Shown here piece by piece: positions 1 to 11,532 of a DNA stretch of 64,000 nt (its first letter is position 1; each line of letters opens with the position of its first letter). The DNA is from Macrostomum lignano (taxonomy: Eukaryota): positions 159,338 through 223,337 of the forward strand of contig NIVC01001221.1 of assembly GCA_002269645.1 (NCBI GenBank), written 5' to 3'. The position numbers and the translations under genes were made by a program. Under the pieces are notes generated by a model. The model was not told the DNA's origin. It was given only the letters and a program-made list of their open reading frames with translations, and searched no databases.

Positions 1-258
1 ATTTGAATTCTGGGATTCTAGATATGGGATTTGAATTCTGGGATTCGAGAAATGGGATTTGAATTCTGGGATTCGAGAAATGGGATTTGAATTCTGGGAT
101 TCTAGAAATGGGATTTGAATTCTGGGATTCTAGAAATGGGATTTGAATTCTGGGATTCTGGAAATGGGATTTGAATTCTGGAATTCTAGATATGGGATTT
201 GAATTCTGGGATTCTAGATATGGGATTTGAATTCTAGGATTCTGGAAATGGGATTTTA
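1..258. repeat. 28-bp tandem repeat ATTTGAATTCTGGGATTCTAGAAATGGG (runs off left edge)
   Basis: About 9 units read directly. Confidence 0.95.
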
Positions 259-284
259 ATTCTGAGATTAGGATGTGAATTCCT

Positions 285-1778
285 GAGAGTAAGATTAGAA
301 TTCTGAGAGTGAGATTTGAGTTGTGAGAGTGAGATTTGAGTTGTGAGAGTGAGATTTAAATTGTGAGAGTGAGATTTGAGTTGTGAGAGTGAGATTTAAA
401 TTGTTAAAGTGAGATTTGAGTTGTGAGAGTGAGATTTAAATTGTTAAAGTGAGATTTGAATTGTAAGAGTGAGATTTGAGTTGTGAGAGTGAGATTTGAG
501 TTGTGAGAGTGAGATTTGAGTTGTGAGAGTGAGATTTAAATTGTTAAAGTGAGATTTGAGTTGTGAGAGTGAGATTTGAGTTGTGAGAGTGAGATTTAAA
601 TTGTTAAAGTGAGATTTGAATTGTGAGAGTGAGATTTAAATTGTGAGAGTGAGATTTGAGTTGTGAGAGTGAGATTTAAATTGTGATAGTGAGATTTGAA
701 CTCTGAGAGTGGGATTTGAATTCTGAGAGTGAGATTTGAATTCTGACAGTAAGATTTAAGTTGTGAGAGTGAGATTTGAACTCTGATAGTGAGATTTGAA
801 CTCTGATAGTGAGATTTGAACTCTGATAGTGAGATTTGAACTCTGATAGTGAGCTTTGAATTGTAAGAGTGAGATTTGAATTCTGAGAGTGAGATTTGAA
901 TTGTAAGAGTGAGATTTGAATTATGAGAGTGAGATTTAGATTGTAAAAGTGAGATTTGAATTCTGAGAGTGAGATTTGAATTGTGAGAGTGAGATTTGAA
1001 TTGTGAGAGTGAGATTTGAATTATGAGAGTGAGATTTGAATTGTAAGAGTGAGATTTGAGTTGTGAGAGTGAGATTTGAGTTGTGAGAGTGAGATTTGAA
1101 TTCTGAGAGTGAGATTTGAATTGTAAGAGTGAGATTTGAGTTGTGAGAGTGAGATTTGAATTGTGAGAGTGAGATTTAGATTGTAAAAGTGAGATTTGAA
1201 TTCTGAGAGTGAGATTTGAATTGTGAGAGTGAGATTTGAATTGTGAGAGTGAGATTTGAATTATGAGAGTGAGATTTGAATTGTAAGAGTGAGATTTGAG
1301 TTGTGAGAGTGAGATTTGAATTGTGAGAGTGAGATTTGAATTATGAGAGTGAGATTTGAATTGTAAGAGTGAGATTTGAGTTGTAAGAGTGAGATTTGAG
1401 TTGTGAGAGTGAGATTTGAATTCTGAGAGTGAGATTTGAATTGTAAGAGTGAGATTTGAGTTGTGAGAGTGAGATTTGAATTGTGAGAGTGAGATTTGAA
1501 TTGTGAGAGTGAGATTTGAGTTGTAAGAGTGAGATTTGAGTTGTGAGAGTGAGATTTGAGTTGTGAGAGTGAGATTTGAATTGTGAGAGTGAGATTTGAA
1601 TTGTGAGAGTGAGATTTGAGTTGTAAGAGTGAGATTTGAGTTGTGAGAGTGAGATTTGAATTGTGAGAGTGAGATTTGAATTGTGAGAGTGAGATTTGAA
1701 TTGTGAGAGTGAGATTTGAATTGTGAGAGTGAGATTTGAATTGTGAGAGTGAGATTTGAGTTGTGAGAGTGAGAATTC
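285..1778. repeat. 20-bp minisatellite GAGAGTGAGATTTGAATTGT
   Basis: ~75 units; explains the SHSHNSNLTL ORFs on the minus strand. Confidence 0.97.
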
Positions 1779-2199
1779 CTCAAGTGGGGATTTGAATTCT
1801 GCTTGTGTTATTTCAGTAGCCATTTTCAATTCAAAAAAGGATGATTTTCATAGCTGCCTACTTGTGAGTAGTTGAGTCTGGTTATTTCTCTAAAGCTTGT
1901 CTGCAACGATGTGGCAATTAATTCTTACAAAAACAAACAATTCCATAACTTTGCCTTTCAACTCAAAACCAGGGCGTGCTAAATTTCTTTTTTGGGAGGC
2001 GTATTTAACGCACAAATATTGCGGCGGTTAATCTACAGGCAATCAGTTAATCTGGCTTGTGGGGGTCTTCCGTCCCAGCCCAGCCCAGATCAGTTTGTAT
2101 AATCTTTTCTCAACCTAGATTTTCTAGTGTACTCATACTCGGGTTCCCCGGCCCGAGCTCGCCATTTTTTCTTTATTAATATATGCGTCATTATATATT

Positions 2200-3755
2200 C
2201 ATTATCCCCCTCACTTTATCATCCCCTCCCCTCATTTTATCATTCCCTTCCCCCTCACTTTATCATTCCCTTCCCCTCACTTTATCATTCCCTTCCCCTC
2301 ATTTTATCATTCCCTTCCCTCATTTTATCATTCCCTCTCCCCTCACTTTATCATTCCCTTCCCCTCACTTTATCATTCCCTCTCCCCGTTTTATTATTCC
2401 CTTCCCCTCACTTTATCATTCCCTTTTCCCTCATTTTATCATCCCCTCCCCTCATTTTATCATTCCCTTCCCCTCACTTTATCATTCCCTTCCCCTCACT
2501 TTATCCTTCCCTCTCCCCGTTTTATTATTCCCTTCCCCTCACTTTATCATTCCCTTTTCCCTCATTTTATCATCCCCTCCCCTCATTTTATCATTCCCTT
2601 CCCCTCACTTTATCATTCCCTCTCCCCTCATTTTATCATTCCCTTCCCCTCATTTTATCATTCCCTCTCCCCTCACTTTATCATTCCCTTCCCCTCACTT
2701 TATCATTCCCTCTCCCCGTTTTATTATTCCCTTCCCCTCACTTTATCATTCCCTTTTCCCTCATTTTATCATTCCCTTCCCCCTCATTTTATCATCCCCT
2801 CCCCTCATTTTATCATTCCCTTCCCCTCATTTTATCATTCCCTCCCCTCATTTTATCATTCCCTTTTCCCTCATTTTATCATCCCCTCCCCTCACTTTAT
2901 CATTCCCTTTTCCCTCATTTTATCATCCCCTCCCCTCACTTTATCATCCCCTCCCCTCACTTTATCATCCCCTCCCCTCATTTTATCATCCCCTCCCCTC
3001 ACTTTATCATCCCCTCCCCTCACTTTATCATTCCCTCCCCTCATTTTATCATCCCCTCCCCTCACTTTATCATCCCCTCCCCTCACTTTATCATTCCCTT
3101 CCCCTCACTTATCATTCCCTCTCCCCTCACTTTATCATCCCCTCCCCTCATTTTATTATTCCCTTCCCCTCATTTTATCATTCCCTCCCCTCATTTTATC
3201 ATTCCCTTTTCCCTCATTTTATCATTCCCTTCCCTCATTTTATCATTCCCTTTTCCCTCATTTTATCATCCCCTCCCCTCACTTTATCATCCCCTCCCCT
3301 CACTTTATCATCCCCTCCCCTCACTTTATCATTCCCTTCCCTCATTTTATCATCCCCTCCCCTCACTTTATCATCCCCTCCGCTCATTTTATCATCCCCT
3401 CCCCTCACTTTATCATCCCCTCCCCTCACTTTATCATCCCCTCCCCTCACTTTATCATTCCCTTCCCTCACTTTATCATTCCCTTCCCCTCACTTATCAT
3501 TCCCTCTCCCCTCACTTTATCATCCCCTCCCCTCATTTTATTATTCCCTTCCCCTCATTTTATCATTCCCTCCCCTCATTTTATCATTCCCTTTTCCCTC
3601 ATTTTATCATTCCCTCCCCTCATTTTATCATTCCCTTTTCCCTCATTTTATCATTCCCTTTTCCCTCATTTTATCATCCCCTCCCCTCACTTTATCATCC
3701 CCTCCCCTCATTTTATCATTCCCTCTCCCCGTTTTATTATCATCTCCCTTCATTT
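2200..3755. repeat. Pyrimidine-rich 21-23-bp minisatellite (CCCCTCACTTTATCATTCCCTT-like)
   Basis: Direct tandem repetition; almost no G on the + strand. Confidence 0.95.
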
Positions 3756-4285
3756 TCGAATCCCGCAGATCTATGAGAATATTGTCCAGTCAATGTTCAC
3801 CGCGCCAGGCGCTTTTGAAAGACCCGAATGGTGGTCAGAGTTCCTGGACAAGCCCAGCATTGGCGGCAGACCCGTTGCTAGGCTCTGAGTTTTGCTTAGC
3901 AACCAGAACTGAGACAATGACCAATCTTCTTGTGACTTTTTAAACAAAACGCCAAATACGAATTTAAAAGATTTTTCGGCTAATGTCGTTTGAAACAATT
4001 TTAATATTTTATAATTTCCATTGGTGTTCAAGGCTAATTGCTTTGTTTTTTCTGATTTTATAATTTATTGCTTCTTTAGACTTTTATATAACTGAATTGA
4101 TTAGAATTTTATTGAATATCTGCTTCTGAAATAGATTACAATAACTTCTAATTGTTAATTGATTTTCAATTTTTATCTTTAGCTTTCATTTGTCTTTTAT
4201 TTAATTAACTTTAAATTTAAAATTGTTAAAATAATTTAACAATGTTAAATTGAATAGTAATAAATAGTAAAATTAATATGCAATC

Positions 4286-5175
4286 TGATACTTCAAATTA
4301 TTCGGTAATCTATAGTTCCGGTTCTTCAGTAATCTATACTTCAGGTACTTCAGTAACCTATACTTCAGATCATTCAGTAATCTACACTTCAGATCATTCA
4401 GTAATCTATACTTCAGGATCATCAGTAATCTACACTTCAGATCATTCAGTAATCTATACTTCAGGATCATTCAGTAATCTATACTTCAGGATCATCAGTA
4501 ATCTACACTTCAGATCATTCAGTAATCTATACTTCAGATCATTCAGTAATCTATACTTCAGATAATTCAGTAATCTACACTTCAGATCATTCAGTAATCT
4601 ACACTTCAGATCATTCAGTAATCTACACTTCAGATCATTCAGTAATCTACACTTCAGATCATTCAGTAATCTATACTTCAGATCATTCAGTAATCTACAC
4701 TTCAGATCATTCAGTAATCTATACTTCAGATCATTCAGTAATCTATACTTCAGGTTCTTCAGCAATCTATACTTCAGGTTCTTCAATAATCTATACTTCC
4801 GGTTCTTCAGTAATCTATACTTCCGGTTCTTCAGTAATCTATACTTCAGGTTCTTCAGTAATCTATACTTCGGTTCTTCAGTAATCTATACTTCAGGTTC
4901 TTTAGTAATCTATACTTCCGGTTCTTCAGTAATCTATACTTCCGGTTCTTCTGTAATCTACACTTCAGATCATTCAGTAATCTATACTTCAGATCATTCA
5001 GTAATCTATACTTCCGGTTCTTCAGTAATCTATACTTCAGGTTCTTCAGTAATCTATACTTCCGGTTCTTCAGTAATCTACACTTCAGATCATTCAGTAA
5101 TCCATACTTCAGGATCATTCAGTAATCTTCACTTCAGATCATTCAGTACTCGTAATTTATACTTCAGGTCCTTCA
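4286..5175. repeat. 24-bp minisatellite TTCAGTAATCTATACTTCAGATCA
   Basis: ~37 units with two main variants (..AGATCA / ..CGGTTC). Confidence 0.95.
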
Positions 5176-5511
5176 GTAGTGCATGCATAGGTTAGGTCTT
5201 AAACAACAAACTTTGAATTTTATGCGGCGAAGACAGCAAAAATAAGTGAATCGTTTCTTACAGTTTTTATTTTTACCTGGTCACAATTTCTAGTCACTTT
5301 ATACTGTACGCATTAGATGAGTTTGGCCATAGAAAAGGTTAACAGAAGTTACGAGCTCATGAGATCATTATATTACAAGACATTACAAGTCTGGCATGAA
5401 AATATAATCAGGTTGCAATGTTAAAATTTTGTTTTAATCTCAAGCTTACATACAGCAAGCTTTCAGCATGAATGAATTGTTAAGAATCAATTTTGGCATT
5501 GCCAAAGCTAA

Positions 5512-6213
5512 TCAAGTGTAGTGCCCCTTCCGATCTCGGGCATCTCTTTTCTTTGCCGACTTCTTCGCGGAATTCTCTGGGTAGAGAAACAGCTCGACCA
5601 GCTTTTTGGCTTTCGACGGCTTAGCAGGAGAGGATGGGTTGGACTTTGACTGCTGCGGAGGCTGCGGCTGCTGGTAACTGTTGTGCGGAATGCTGAAGCT
5701 GCGTGGCTTGTTGCCTTGGTGCAGCAGGTACGGCGGCTGGTACTGCTCGTGTGAGTAGTATCCCGGATCTTGTGAGACTCTAGCTGCCTGCTCCTGCATC
5801 TGCGGATGTTTTGGCAGCGACGGCGAAAAGGAAGAAGTTTGCGGTGTCAGCCTGGCTGGGGCGCTCTGCAGCGAGTTGGATCCCGCCTGCGGCGCCGAGG
5901 CTGTCAACTCCGAACTGGGATAGTCGTAGGTATCGGTCAGGCACATCTCCACGAAGTCTTTCATGCACTTGACGCTGAAGCCCAGGCTGACTGCCTGTTC
6001 CATCTTGTCGATCAGCTGGTGATGCTTGGCGTTCATGTTGTCCAGCGACAGAATGCCCTGGTCGAAGATGAACATCCTGGCTGCGACGGGCAGGTCCTGT
6101 CCATCCATCAGGCTGTAGAACTCGTTAAACTGCGCAAGATTCTCAGGCTGGCACAGGTCTTGAAAAGACTTCTGGATGGTTTCAACTCGGCGTTGTAAAT
6201 CCGAGTTGGACAT
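5512..6213 (-). CDS. Hypothetical 233-aa protein (helical N-terminal ~95 aa, Q/P/S-rich tail, basic C-terminus)
   Basis: ATG at 6213-6211, TGA at 5514-5512; non-repetitive GC-rich ORF in AT-rich flanks; protein-like composition; no family recognised. Confidence 0.7.
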   Translation of the reverse strand: MSNSDLQRRVETIQKSFQDLCQPENLAQFNEFYSLMDGQDLPVAARMFIFDQGILSLDNMNAKHHQLIDKMEQAVSLGFSVKCMKDFVEMCLTDTYDYPSSELTASAPQAGSNSLQSAPARLTPQTSSFSPSLPKHPQMQEQAARVSQDPGYYSHEQYQPPYLLHQGNKPRSFSIPHNSYQQPQPPQQSKSNPSSPAKPSKAKKLVELFLYPENSAKKSAKKRDARDRKGHYT

Positions 6214-6837
6214 GGTCGGTCGGCTATGCGTAAAAGAATCTCTGCGATGGATTTTTGTTCCTTGTGTCTTGGCTATTGCGGCTACTATGCAGAGCCTGCT
6301 GTAATTAAAGTGGGCTATATTATACTTGCTCGGGCTTAGGCACACGGATCTAAGTCGAGAGAGAGAGAGAAGAGAAACAGAGCTGGCCTCCTCTCTCCTC
6401 TCTCTGCTTGAAAACAGGCATGTCTGCGCACTGTCTTAATGCTTTCATCTGCTTTCAGCCATTGTTCTTCGGGCTCTGTGAAATTCCTGTACAAATTGTG
6501 CATTCCATTGGCGTACGCAGGACGAGAGGGGGGCCGGGGCCCCCGCCTCAGCCCTGGAACATATGGCATCTAAGTGAGGTTGGTTCGGCAACCGAGAGAC
6601 AAGGACGTCTAAACAAGAGACAGGGGGCGCCGAACCAAGAGACAGGGGCGCTGTGAAGTCTAGGTTTGCGTGCCGAGAAAGGTGGCCTCTGTGTGGCTTT
6701 GTTTGCTCAATATATTTATTAGTCAATATTGGGGGGTGGGGGTAAAGCGATGCGTGATTGGTCGAGAATTGGTAAACAAGTTTAGGCGAGAGGGTGAGTC
6801 ATGAATAATGTGAGGCAGAGAGTAGCGTACGACCTAC

Positions 6838-7365
6838 AGGCGCCTAACCAAGAGACAGGGGGCGCCGAACCAAGAGACAGGGGCGCCTAACCAAGAGACA
6901 GGGGGCGCCTAACCAAGAGACAGGGGCGCCTAACCAAGAGATAAGGGCGCCTAACCAAGAGACAGGGGCGCCTAACCAAGAGACAGGGGGCGCCTAACCA
7001 AGAGACAGGGGCGCCTAACCAAGAGATAAGGGCGCCTAACCAAGAGACAGGGGCGCCTAACCAAGAGACAGGGGGCGCCGAACCAAGAGACAGGGGCGCC
7101 TAACCAAGAGACAGGGGGCGCCTAACCAAGAGACAGGGGGCGCTGAACCAAGAGACAGGGGCGCCTAACCTAGAGACAGGGGCGCCTAACCAAGAGACAG
7201 GGGGCGCCTAACCAGGAGACGGGCGCGCCTAACCAATAGACAGGGACGTCTAACCAATAGACAGGGGCGCCTAACCAAGCGACAGGGGCGCCTTCGAAGA
7301 GAAAGTGGCGCCCACGATCGAGACAAGGGGCGCTCACAAAGAGACAGGGGCGTCTAACCAAGAGC
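6838..7365. repeat. 22-23-bp minisatellite GGGGCGCCTAACCAAGAGACAG; 2-3 detached units at 6592-6651
   Basis: Direct tandem repetition. Confidence 0.95.
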
Positions 7366-7656
7366 CGTGGATTACTAGACAGAGAATCTGGAAAGGTAAA
7401 GCCAACTGCAGTTTATAAATGCTTTTCTCCGCCTAGCTCAGAGCTGCATGCCTTAGTGTTTAATGAGGCTTATTCGTTACTCTTAAGCTTGGAAAGTTCT
7501 CTTTTTCAGCCTCACTCACTGGTGCTAAATTTAGCAAATTGATGTTATTTCTGTTTTGCGAGAGAAAATAACAAAAAATGAAGTTTTAATATGGAACTGT
7601 CACCTCTTTTTAGGGCTGAGCTGAGTTTACTTGTTTACTTGGTTTACTTGGTTGAA

Positions 7657-10600
7657 TCACTCCAAGAATCTTCTCTATCAGACTCGTCACTCCAAGAATC
7701 TTCTCTATCAGACTCGTCACTCCAGGAATCTCTTCTCTATCAGACTCGTCACTCCAGGAATCTCTTCTCTATCAGACTCGTCACTTCAAGAATCTTCTCT
7801 ATCAGACTCGTCACTCCAAGAATCTTCTCTATCAGACTCGTCACTCCAAGAATCTTCTCTATCAGACTCGTCACTCCAAGAATCTTCTCTATCAGACTCA
7901 TCACTCCAGGAATCTCTTCTCCATCAGACTCGTCACTCCAGGAATATCTTCTCTATCAGACTCGTCACTCCAAGAATCTCTTCTCTATCAGACTCGTCAC
8001 TCCAAGAATCTCTTCTCTATCAGACTCTTGACTCCAGGAATCTCTTCTCTATCAGACTCGTCACTTCAAGAATCTTCTCTATCAGACTCGCCACTCAAGA
8101 ATCTTCTCTATCAGACTCGTCACTCCAGGAATCTCTTCTCTATCAGATTCGTCATTCCAAGAATCTTCTCTATCAGACTCGTCACTCCAAGAATCTTCTC
8201 TATCAGACTCGTCACTCCAGGAATCTCTTCTCTATCAGACTCGTCACTCCAAGAATCTTCTCTATCAGACTCGCCACTCAAGAATCTTCTCTATCAGACT
8301 CGTCACTCCAGGAATCTCTTCTCTATCAGACTCGTCACTCCAGGAATATCTTCTCTATCAGACTCGTCACTCCAAGAATCTTCTCTATCAGACTCGTCAC
8401 TCCAAGAATCTTCTCTATCAGACTCTTCACTCCAGGAATCTCTTCTCTATCAGACTCGTCACTTCAAGAATCTTCTCTATCAGACTCGTCACTCCAGGAA
8501 TCTTCTTTTCTATCAGACTCGTCACTCCAGGAATCTTCTTTTCTATCAGACTCGTAACTCCAGGAATCTTCTTTATCAGACTCTTCACTCCAGGAATCTC
8601 TTCTCTATCAGACTCGTCACTTCAAGAATCTTCTCTATCAGACTCGCCACTCCAAGAATCTTCTCTATCAGACTCTTCACTCCAGGAATCTCTTCTCTAT
8701 CAGACTCGTCACTTCAAGAATCTTCTCTATCAGCCTTGTCACTCCAGGAATCTCTTCTCTATCAGACTCGTCACTCCAAAATCTTCTCTATCAGACTCAT
8801 CAGTCAAAGAATCTTCTCTATCAGACTCTTCACTCCAGGAATCTCTTCTCTATCAGACTCGTCACTCCAAGAATCTTCTCTATCAGACTCATCACTCCAA
8901 GAATCTTCTCTATCAGACTCTTCACTCCAGGAATCTCTTCTCTATCAGACTCGTCACTCCAAGAATCTTCTCTATCAGACTCGTCACTCCAAGAATCTTC
9001 TCTATCAGACTCTTCACTCCAAGAATCTCTTCTCTATCAGACTCGTCACTCCAAGAATCTCTTCTCTATCAGACTCGTCACTCCAAAAATCTTCTCTATC
9101 AGACTCTTCACTCCAGGAATCTCTTCTCTATCAGACTCGTCACTTCAAGAATCTTCTCTATCAGCCTTGTCACTCCAGGAATCTCTTCTCTATCAGACTC
9201 GTCACTCCAAAATCTTCTCTATCAGACTCGTCACTCCAAGAATCTTCTCTATCAGACTCTTCACTCCAGGAATCTCTTCTCTATCAGACTCGTCACTCCA
9301 AGAATCTTCTTTATCAGACTCGTCACTCCAAGAATCTTCTCTATCAGACTCTTCCCTCCAGGAATCTCTTCTCTATCAGACTCGTCACTCCAAGAATCTC
9401 TTCTCTATCAGACTCGTCACTCCAGGAATCTTCTCTATCAGACTCGCCACTCAAGAATCTTCTCTATCAGACTCTTGACTCCAGGAATCTCTTCTCTATC
9501 AGACTCGTCACTCCAAGAATCTTCTCTATCAGACTCTTCACTCCAGGAATCTCTTCTCTATCAGACTCGTCACTTCAAGAATCTTCTCTATCAGACTCGC
9601 CACTCAAGAATCTTCTCTATCAGACTCTTCACTCCAGGAATCTTCTCTATCAGACTCTTCACTCCAGGAATCTCTTCTCTATCAGACTCGTCACTTCAAG
9701 AATCTTCTCTATCAGACTCGCTACTCCAGGAATCTTCTCTATCAGACTCGTCACTCCAGGAATCTCTTCTCTATCAGACTCGTCACTCCAAGAATCTTCT
9801 CTATCAGACTCTTCACTCCAGGAATCTCTTCTCTATCAGACTCGTCACTTCAAGAATCTTCTCTATCAGACTCGCCACTCAAGAATCTTCTCTATCAGAC
9901 TCTTCACTCCAGGAATCTTCTCTATCAGACTCGTCACTTCAAGAATCTTCTCTATCAGCCTTGTCACTCCAGGAATCTCTTCTCTATCAGACTCGTCACT
10001 CCAAAATCTTCTCTATCAGACTCATCACTCCAAGAATCTTCTCTATCAGACTCTTCACTCCAGGAATCTCTTCTCTATCAGACTCGTCACTCCAAGAATC
10101 TTCTCTATCAGACTCGTCACTCCAAGAATCTTCTCTATCAGACTCTTGACTCCAGGAATCTCTTCTCTATCAGACTCGTCACTCCAAGAATCTCTTCTCT
10201 ATCAGACTCTTGACTCCAGGAATCTCTTCTCTATCAGACTCGTCACTTCAAGAATCTTCTCTATCAGACTCGCCACTCAAGAATCTTCTCTATCAGACTC
10301 GTCACTCCAGGAATCTCTTCTCTATCAGACTCGTCACTCCAAGAATCTTCTCTATCAGACTCGCCACTCAAGAATCTTCTCTATCAGACTCGTCACTCCA
10401 GGAATCTCTTCTCTATCAGACTCGTCACTCCAGGAATATCTTCTCTATCAGACTCGTCACTCCAAGAATCTTCTCTATCAGACTCGTCACTCCAAGAATC
10501 TTCTCTATCAGACTCGTCACTCCAGGAATCTTCTTTTCTATCAGACTCGTCACTCCAGGAATCTTCTTTTCTATCAGACTCGTAACTCCAGGAATCTTCT

Positions 10601-10805
10601 TTATCAGACTCGTCACTCCAAGAATCTTCTCTATCAGACTCGTCACTCCAGGAATTTTCTCTATCAGACTCGTCACTCAAGAATCTTCTCTATAAGACTC
10701 GTCACTCCAAGAATCTTCTCTATCAGACTCGTCACTCCAGGAATCTCTTCTCTATCAGACTCGTCACTCAAGAATCTTCTCTATCAGATTCGTCACTTCA
10801 AGACT
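7657..10805. repeat. 30-bp satellite ACTCCAAGAATCTTCTCTATCAGACTCGTC (29/30/32-bp variants), array A
   Basis: ~100 units; source of the ESSLSDSSLQ / KNLLYQTRHS / RIFSIRLVTP ORFs. Confidence 0.98.
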
Positions 10806-10811
10806 CTTTTT

Positions 10812-10881
10812 ATCCTCGCGAACGTCAGGCACCAGAAAATTGCAGCCTCGGTGTCGTCCGGCACGCAGAGCACGACAATCT
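10812..10881 (-). mobile_element. 70-bp internally deleted relic of the non-LTR RT family seen at 39030-39372
   Basis: Matches 39143-39167 joined to 39231-39279 through a shared CAGA. Confidence 0.75.
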
Positions 10882-11532
10882 AGAAACTAACAAATAACAT
10901 GTTTTGCAAGTTAAAGCAAATGTGCATAAGACCAGTCGATGTGTTAACACAAGTAGTCATATCTTGCGGATATATAAACATGCACGTGCTTAGTTTGCAT
11001 TTCGTAACATGGAATTTTATACGTTCGTAGCTGAATAAAAGCCACTTAATACATATAAGCTGCCGATTCGCGTGTACGCACTACTTAGGCCCAGCATGAT
11101 AAGACGGACATTATATACGAGTTGCCAAGTTTGTGCCAGAGTAAATGGTGCATTTGCTAACTGAATCTACCAGTAATTACGAGCTACAGCGAATCAACTT
11201 TAACTTTGCTATTCTTTATCTCGGCTTTCCACTTGCTGATTGCACGGATTTTTATTCGGTCGGTATGACTATACCTGCCTATACCAGCCCTTAGCCTTGT
11301 TTGAGTAACTGCATGTCCTGCTCTCTGATTCGGTAAGTTAAACCACTGTCGTCTGTAACCAGTCTTTTAGTGTAAGCCTGTAAAGCCTTCACATAGCTTT
11401 TCAAAGTTTTCCAAAAGCACGCAGTTTAGAATCTATAGAACTAAATCTAAAAAGTTTCTTAAACAACTAATTTTTCTCTATATTACTAGAGATGTATTGT
11501 ATGTATAGTATAAGTGTGGGATTTTCATTGTT

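Noticed and set aside
596-5118. Long ORFs over the 20-, 22- and 24-bp arrays
   Set aside because: Pure translations of tandem repeats
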